From Marine Group II euryarchaeote MED-G33 (lineage in GTDB: Archaea > Thermoplasmatota > Poseidoniia > Poseidoniales > Thalassarchaeaceae): 52,450 nucleotides of DNA. The notes under the pieces are model-generated. The model did no database searches. It worked only from the letters and a program-made list of their open reading frames with translations, and was not told the origin of the DNA. The position numbers and the translations under genes are program-made. Each line of letters opens with the position of its first letter. The first letter of the stretch is position 1. This document shows positions 47,672 through 52,450 of this stretch, piece by piece. The DNA lies in contig NTJU01000001.1 of the NCBI GenBank assembly GCA_002457195.1, positions 1-52,450 of the forward strand, given 5' to 3'.

Positions 47672-50053
47672 TCAGTTGTCCCCATCATCTGATTTCTTGG
47701 TCTTCTTCTGAGAGCTTTTCTTCGATGTGCCCTTTTTCTTAGCACCTTTCTTGGATGCACCTTTCTTCTTCCCACCGGTGCGCTTCTTGAGAATAGTGAT
47801 CAGCTTACTCGCAGTACCACCGGCGCCACCTTGGAGTTCTGTGTATGACTTTGCTTCGACCAACGCACACGCATCGGTTTCCGATAACTCAGCTCTTGTC
47901 ACAAGAGTCTGAATCCACTTGATCTGCTTTTCTGAGGCCTCCCTAGGGATATCTTTGGTCAATTCGAGAAGTTGTTCAATCAGTTTGCTTGCCGTGCCTT
48001 TTCGACCACCGGTCAGTTCACCAAAGTTCGCTGCTCCAACCAATGCACTGGCATCGGCTTCAGACAATTCAGCACCTTGGGCCAAAGAGGCAATCCAGTT
48101 GGTCTGCTTTTCTGAAGCAGGTTGAGTTTCAGCGGGATGTGCCTTGGTCATCACATCGAGAATCTCACGGATTTCAGTACCAGTCATTTCTTCGGGTGCT
48201 TTTCCACCAGAGTAAGTTGCGATTTGTTCTTCCGACAGATTGTTGGTGATTCGAACATAGTAAGCAAGTTGTTTGGGTGTAGGGGACTGCTTCTTTTTCT
48301 CCAGTGCAGACAAATGTAGGGCTTGAAAGTGCTCTGAGAATTTGTGCCATTCTGTTGGCGCAGAAGAATTACCGAGTTCGATTGCATCCAAATTGGTTTC
48401 CATTTCAGCAGTGAAATTTGTTCCAAACAGATGGCCTTCGACCCCATGGCTACTGCGGTCATAGAATGGTGCTACCTCGAGCCAAAGTGTTCTACCCTCG
48501 GTTGAAGGCTGAAGCGAGCCTTTTTCCTCAACTACGTATTTGCGACTCAACAACTTGGCGATCGTTGCGGCATAGGTAGAGGGGCGACCAATGCCTTCCT
48601 TCTTCATTTGTTGAACAAGAGAATGTTGTTTGTAACGCGGAGGTGGCGTGGTTTCATCCTCTCGGAGACAGGGATTTTCACTTTCTTCATCTGCATCGTC
48701 TAATGCCAGCGATGAGCCCACATTTGTATCAAAAGAGGGAGGGGAAATAGACGGTTCTTTTCTGATTCCTTCGAATGCAGCCTCCCAACCCCGATGGATA
48801 CGCCATGACGCAGTACTGGAAAATGGGCGATTGAAACCCTCTGCATTGGCAGTCATCGAAATTCTCTCATATCGACTCTGATTCATCTGGCTACCGGCAA
48901 AACGTGCCCAAATGAGTCGGTAAAGTCGTGCTTGCTCCGCTGACAAACCATCTGGAGAATTGTCCTTTGGACGTGTAGGACGTATCGCTTCGTGAGCATC
49001 TTGAACATTGGTTGCATCTGTTTTTGCATCCGGCCCCAAAACACCCTCACCGAGGTGATCTTCACCCCAAGTATCACGAATGTGAGATTTGACATCTTCG
49101 CGAGCTGTTGTGTTGGTTCGTGTTGAATCGGTACGCATGTAAGTGATGTGACCTGCATTGTATAACTCGCTTGCAATCTTCATGGTTCGACGAGGATTCC
49201 AACTCATTTCCGAACCCGCTTTCATCAGCAGTGTATCCGTGGTGAATGGCGGGTCGGGGTTTCGCTGATACTGCCCAGGGGTTGAGGATGCAATGGTCAG
49301 ACCCTTCGCAGCAGCAGCATATGCACTGTTGGCCAATTCAGAGTCATTTGTTCGTTCTGCGTTGAATTTCCCTTTATCGTCAACCCACGCATCCGAATCA
49401 TCCTTGTCATGGAATTTCGCATTCCAACGTAGGCCCCCTGCTTCTGCATAAACTGCAAAGTATGGTTGCGGGACGAACGCCTCGCGTTCTACCTCTTTGT
49501 CGACGATGAATCCGAGGGTTGGAGTCTGGACCCGGCCCATCGCAGGCAGTGACCATGAACGACTGAATTTTGAAGAACGGAAACCGACAAGACGATCCAT
49601 GAATCGACGGACCATCGCAGCTTGAACCAAGCCTTGGTCCACTTCGCCACGCGCATCGATTGATGCTTGCACTGCAGTTTTTGTGATTTCATTGAATGTG
49701 ATTCTCCAGATATTTTCATACCCATTTTCTGTAAATATTTGGACCAATTGCCAAGCGATGAATTCTCCTTCGCGGTCGGGGTCAGTTGCGATGTAGATAT
49801 TCTCTACTTTCGTATCCTTGGCCTTCGTCAATATTTTCCCAATTGTACGTTCTGAATTCTCAGTCCATTCCCAGGGTGGGCTGGGCAATTTGTCCGCGGT
49901 TGATGCCCACATTGCCTTCTTCCCATGCTTGGTATCTCGACTGGTTGGGAGATCGCGAACGTGCCCGTTACAGGCAGCGACAATCCACCCCTTCCCAAGG
50001 TATTTCTGAATCGTCTTTGACTTGGCACCTGATTCGACTATTACTAGATCCAT
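47672..50053 (-). CDS. topA: DNA topoisomerase I (type IA, TopA-like) with a cysteine-poor repeat C-terminus and a Lys-rich tail
   Basis: MDLVIVESGAKSKTIQKYLG (Toprim), ATDPDREGE, and active-site ITYMRTDS. I prefer the start at 50053 over the track start at 50131, because TopA normally begins at the Toprim strand. Confidence 0.9.
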   Translation of the reverse strand: MDLVIVESGAKSKTIQKYLGKGWIVAACNGHVRDLPTSRDTKHGKKAMWASTADKLPSPPWEWTENSERTIGKILTKAKDTKVENIYIATDPDREGEFIAWQLVQIFTENGYENIWRITFNEITKTAVQASIDARGEVDQGLVQAAMVRRFMDRLVGFRSSKFSRSWSLPAMGRVQTPTLGFIVDKEVEREAFVPQPYFAVYAEAGGLRWNAKFHDKDDSDAWVDDKGKFNAERTNDSELANSAYAAAAKGLTIASSTPGQYQRNPDPPFTTDTLLMKAGSEMSWNPRRTMKIASELYNAGHITYMRTDSTRTNTTAREDVKSHIRDTWGEDHLGEGVLGPDAKTDATNVQDAHEAIRPTRPKDNSPDGLSAEQARLYRLIWARFAGSQMNQSRYERISMTANAEGFNRPFSSTASWRIHRGWEAAFEGIRKEPSISPPSFDTNVGSSLALDDADEESENPCLREDETTPPPRYKQHSLVQQMKKEGIGRPSTYAATIAKLLSRKYVVEEKGSLQPSTEGRTLWLEVAPFYDRSSHGVEGHLFGTNFTAEMETNLDAIELGNSSAPTEWHKFSEHFQALHLSALEKKKQSPTPKQLAYYVRITNNLSEEQIATYSGGKAPEEMTGTEIREILDVMTKAHPAETQPASEKQTNWIASLAQGAELSEADASALVGAANFGELTGGRKGTASKLIEQLLELTKDIPREASEKQIKWIQTLVTRAELSETDACALVEAKSYTELQGGAGGTASKLITILKKRTGGKKKGASKKGAKKKGTSKKSSQKKTKKSDDGDN

Positions 50054-50131
50054 ATCTTCCCCATCCGGTCGAGGCCCGATACTGAGCCCTCCATAAACGC
50101 TGCGCAAAATTCCCTCAAGGCCAGATTCCAT

Positions 50132-50150
50132 GGGGTTACGTAGTAACCCC
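50132..50150 (-). terminator. perfect 8-bp palindromic stem-loop (GGGGTTAC-GTA-GTAACCCC)
   Basis: It directly follows the stop (50151..50153) of the minus-strand ORF and lies upstream of topA. A 20-nt alternating Py/Pu tract (50157..50176) is adjacent. Confidence 0.4.
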
Positions 50151-50555
50151 TCAGGTCACGCGTGTGCGCGCGCGCGAAGCCGTTTCATCCCAGACACCTT
50201 CTGAACCAGGGCCTCCACAACCCACGCAACCGGGGTAACCTGCCGCCATCAAATCCCGAATTTGCTGTACCCATCGCGACCAGATTAAATCTAGATGACC
50301 CACATGATTCGGTACCCAACAAACCGACAATGACGGTTCTTCACCGCCCAACTGTGAAATGCCTTCGACTTGGATCGAATCATCATTACCCAAAGCTACG
50401 GTTGGCTCACGAATCAATTTGGGAATCCCATCACTAATGGCTAAACTCAGTTCTAGCGCTTCATCCATGAGGTGCTGCGGCACGATTAGCGTGGTGTCTT
50501 CTGTGCGAAGTAGACGTCTTGCCGCCTCGGCTAAACACGGGCCCATCGCGTCCAT
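50151..50555 (-). CDS. hypothetical protein (start uncertain)
   Basis: It is the only long ORF covering 50151..50611. The full track ORF (to 50741) would overlap pyrD by 130 nt, so I chose the internal ATG at 50555 (MDAMGPCL). It contains HVGH and CVGC motifs. No family recognised. Confidence 0.35.
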   Translation of the reverse strand: MDAMGPCLAEAARRLLRTEDTTLIVPQHLMDEALELSLAISDGIPKLIREPTVALGNDDSIQVEGISQLGGEEPSLSVCWVPNHVGHLDLIWSRWVQQIRDLMAAGYPGCVGCGGPGSEGVWDETASRARTRVT

Positions 50556-50611
50556 TGGACCTGCGAAAGGACGGAACCCTTGAAGGATGTCGGCCGGGCC
50601 CGTTGGTTTGA

Positions 50612-51724
50612 ATGGGACTATTGTGGCGATTATTCGCACGGCCAATGATGGCGATTCTACCATTGAGTTCCGAAACGATGCATTCCCTTGTGATGAAACA
50701 AATTCGGATCCGATCGACATACATTCCAGGATATCGATCAATGCTGAAACTCATGTATGGATCCCCTTCAGTACCAACCGATTGCTTTGGCATTCATTTT
50801 GACAACCCTGTCGGTTTGGCTGCTGGGATGGATAAAAAGGGTGAGAACGTCCCCAATTGGGAGTCCCTTGGCTTTGGATGGATGGAGATTGGTGGAATCA
50901 CCCTGCATGGACAAGATGGCAATCCCAAGCCGCGAATGTTTCGCAGCACCAAACACAGCGCTCTCATCAATCGCATGGGGTTCAACAATCCAGGTTCAGA
51001 GCAGATGGTTGAAAATCTCGCCAAACAAAAATCGAAGAAATGGGCGTCTATTCCTGTTGGAGTCAACCTAGGCAAAAGCAAAATCACACCAAACGAAGAA
51101 GCTGAGCATGATTATGCAGGCACCATGGAGCGGTTGTGGGAATTTGCTGATTTGTTTGTTGTCAACGTCTCTAGCCCCAATACACCCAACCTAAGGGAAT
51201 TGCAAGCGGGTTCTGAATTAGATCGTATTCTAACCGCCTGCAATGAGGTAAATACACGAATGGCACAAACGGCGGATGGCGGTCCAAAGCCCATACTCGT
51301 CAAGGTCTCACCAGATTTGTCTGATGAGCAGTTGAAAACCGTCGCTGATTCTGCAATCGCACAAGGATGTGCAGGCATTGTTGCAACGAATACTACGACA
51401 TCGCGTCCTGCGGGTGACAAAATCATGAGCCAGACCGGTGGATTGTCTGGAAAACCTTTGCGTAAACGCTCTACTGAAGTGATTCATCTATTGTATGCTC
51501 ACACTGACGGTAAATTGCCAATCGTCGGTGTAGGTGGTATCTCTGATTCTGAAAGTGCATGGGAAAAGATTGCAGCAGGAGCAAGCCTCTTGCAATTCTA
51601 CAGTGCATTGGTATTCGACGGGCCGAGTGTAAGCAAGGCCATCAACAAAGGTCTAAATCGAAAATTGAAGACCCACGGTTATCAGAGTCTGTCGCAAGCG
51701 GTAGGCCATGCACATCGGAGTTGA
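50612..51724 (+). CDS. pyrD: dihydroorotate dehydrogenase (quinone), class 2
   Basis: NPVGLAAGMDK, PRMFR, INRMGFNNPG, VNVSSPNTPNLR, GGLSGKPL, GVGGI. A class-2 type N-terminal extension is present. Confidence 0.9.
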   Translation: MGLLWRLFARPMMAILPLSSETMHSLVMKQIRIRSTYIPGYRSMLKLMYGSPSVPTDCFGIHFDNPVGLAAGMDKKGENVPNWESLGFGWMEIGGITLHGQDGNPKPRMFRSTKHSALINRMGFNNPGSEQMVENLAKQKSKKWASIPVGVNLGKSKITPNEEAEHDYAGTMERLWEFADLFVVNVSSPNTPNLRELQAGSELDRILTACNEVNTRMAQTADGGPKPILVKVSPDLSDEQLKTVADSAIAQGCAGIVATNTTTSRPAGDKIMSQTGGLSGKPLRKRSTEVIHLLYAHTDGKLPIVGVGGISDSESAWEKIAAGASLLQFYSALVFDGPSVSKAINKGLNRKLKTHGYQSLSQAVGHAHRS

Positions 51725-51728
51725 GTGA

Positions 51729-52103
51729 TTGGAACGAAGGGTGCGAATTTTGATTACCTTTGGGCTGATTGCTGCTTTGATGGGGCTGATGTTGATCAGC
51801 GTGGAACCCGAAGTGGACTTGTCTGTTGACCAGTTGATGGAATCCCCCGGGGAATATGAAGGTGAGACTCTACGATTACATGGTACGGTCGAAAGTCTAG
51901 ACAGAGGAAATCAAACCCTCATTCTAGTTGGCGAAACCGATTCAATCTCAATCGATTACAGTGGTACTTCATTGCCCACTGGTGCTGATGAAGGAAAATC
52001 CATCTCTGTACGTGGTGAATTGATGCTAAATGGAGATGAGTGGGTCATGCACGCATACGAAATCAAAACCGGATGCCCCTCAAAATATGAGGCTGAGGCC
52101 TGA
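51729..52103 (+). CDS. ccmE: cytochrome c maturation heme chaperone CcmE, CxxxY variant
   Basis: N-terminal TM, then an OB-fold that aligns by eye to E. coli CcmE (GETLRLHGTV.../GQRLRVGGMV..., SISVRGEL/GVVVQGEL). The heme-binding HDENY position reads CPSKY (Cys codon at 52074..52076). TTG start. Confidence 0.75.
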   Translation: MERRVRILITFGLIAALMGLMLISVEPEVDLSVDQLMESPGEYEGETLRLHGTVESLDRGNQTLILVGETDSISIDYSGTSLPTGADEGKSISVRGELMLNGDEWVMHAYEIKTGCPSKYEAEA

Positions 52104-52110
52104 CCGTTGG

Positions 52111-52118
52111 TTTGATAT
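52111..52118 (+). promoter_or_regulatory. candidate TATA box for the SRP RNA gene
   Basis: TTTGATAT centred about 27 nt upstream of the predicted RNA 5' end. Confidence 0.3.
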
Positions 52119-52141
52119 GGACCCGCAGTGGCGCTAATGTT

Positions 52142-52450
52142 GGGCTAGGAGGGGGGCTGGCGTCCCCTGCACCGCAAATCGCAACATGGCGGTCCGAACG
52201 CCCAGGGGCGGCAAAACCGAGCATCGTAGGACGCATCTGTGGACGTTGATGCCTCGCCTTCATGAGATCGTGGTTTTGGAGAACTGTATTCGGAAGAAAA
52301 TAGAGATTCAATTATCGGGGGATTAGGTCAGGCCAGGAATGGAGCAGCCCTACCCGAAGCCAATGATGCCGTGGAGAACCGGGGTGGAGAAGACGGGTGC
52401 ATTCTCTTGCGGTGAAACGGATGTCCACCCTGGGAATGCCCACCTCAATA
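52142..52450 (+). ncRNA. ffs: archaeal signal recognition particle (7S) RNA, 3' end truncated by the window edge
   Basis: Helix-8 signature GGUCAGGCCAGGAAUGGAGCAGCC (52326..52349, with a GGAA tetraloop and AGCA loop). 5' Alu-domain-like GGGCUAGGAGGGGGGCUGGCGUCCCCUGCACC plus hairpin GGCGGUCCGAACGCC. The 5' CCCAGGG (52201) is complementary to the 3' CCCUGGG (52428). The segment is GC-rich relative to its flanks. Confidence 0.85.

Noticed and set aside
47727-48125. Two similar plus-strand ORFs (61 and 68 aa)
   Set aside because: They are antisense images of the internal repeats in the topA C-terminal region, not independent genes.
52063-52311. 82-aa minus-strand ORF
   Set aside because: It overlaps the SRP RNA gene and the ccmE 3' end. 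The region is explained by the structured RNA.

Overview
This is a very dense chromosomal segment, with only about 1.7 kb non-coding by my gene calls, and it comes from an archaeon. The archaeal evidence is a ribosomal-protein operon (eS19, PDCD5-like DNA-binding protein, eL39, eL31, eS17), a geranylgeranyl (archaeal lipid) reductase, and an archaeal-type SRP/7S RNA cut by the right window edge. Alongside these are bacterial-looking housekeeping genes: type IA topoisomerase I, class-2 PyrD, CcmE, a Y-family polymerase, ValRS, PepP, an MqnC/MqnE-type radical SAM enzyme, FdhD with a YdeP-type molybdoenzyme and IscA, Ni-superoxide dismutase with its SodX protease, an RND/MMPL exporter, and EVE and SLOG domain proteins. 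There are also several very large, acidic, secreted or anchored proteins with CARDB/NEW3-like, TSP3-repeat, PKD and possibly PNGase-F-like domains. This gene mix and the streamlined layout suggest a marine planktonic euryarchaeote of the Marine Group II/III type, but that is inference only. I found no CRISPR array, tRNA, rRNA, transposase, integrase or obvious mobile element. Two genes fall below the ORF-track cutoff: eL39 (3197..3352) and a 55-aa two-TM ORF (9516..9683). I cannot point to a clearly delimited new system. The best candidates for uncharacterised biology are: (1) the coupled 1046-aa membrane/TPR-like protein and 367-aa tandem V4R-like protein directly upstream of two surface-protein genes (30503-39516); (2) an orphan PqqD/RRE-like protein co-transcribed with the 55-aa ORF and overlapping the tail of a giant surface protein that ends in a cytoplasmic zinc ribbon; (3) sodN-sodX followed by a His-rich polytopic membrane protein; (4) a family of CCC-loop-GGG stem-loops, plus two loci that pair a perfect palindrome with an alternating Pu/Py tract, one of them just upstream of topA. 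All functional calls come from motif recognition by eye, and none has been verified by database search.
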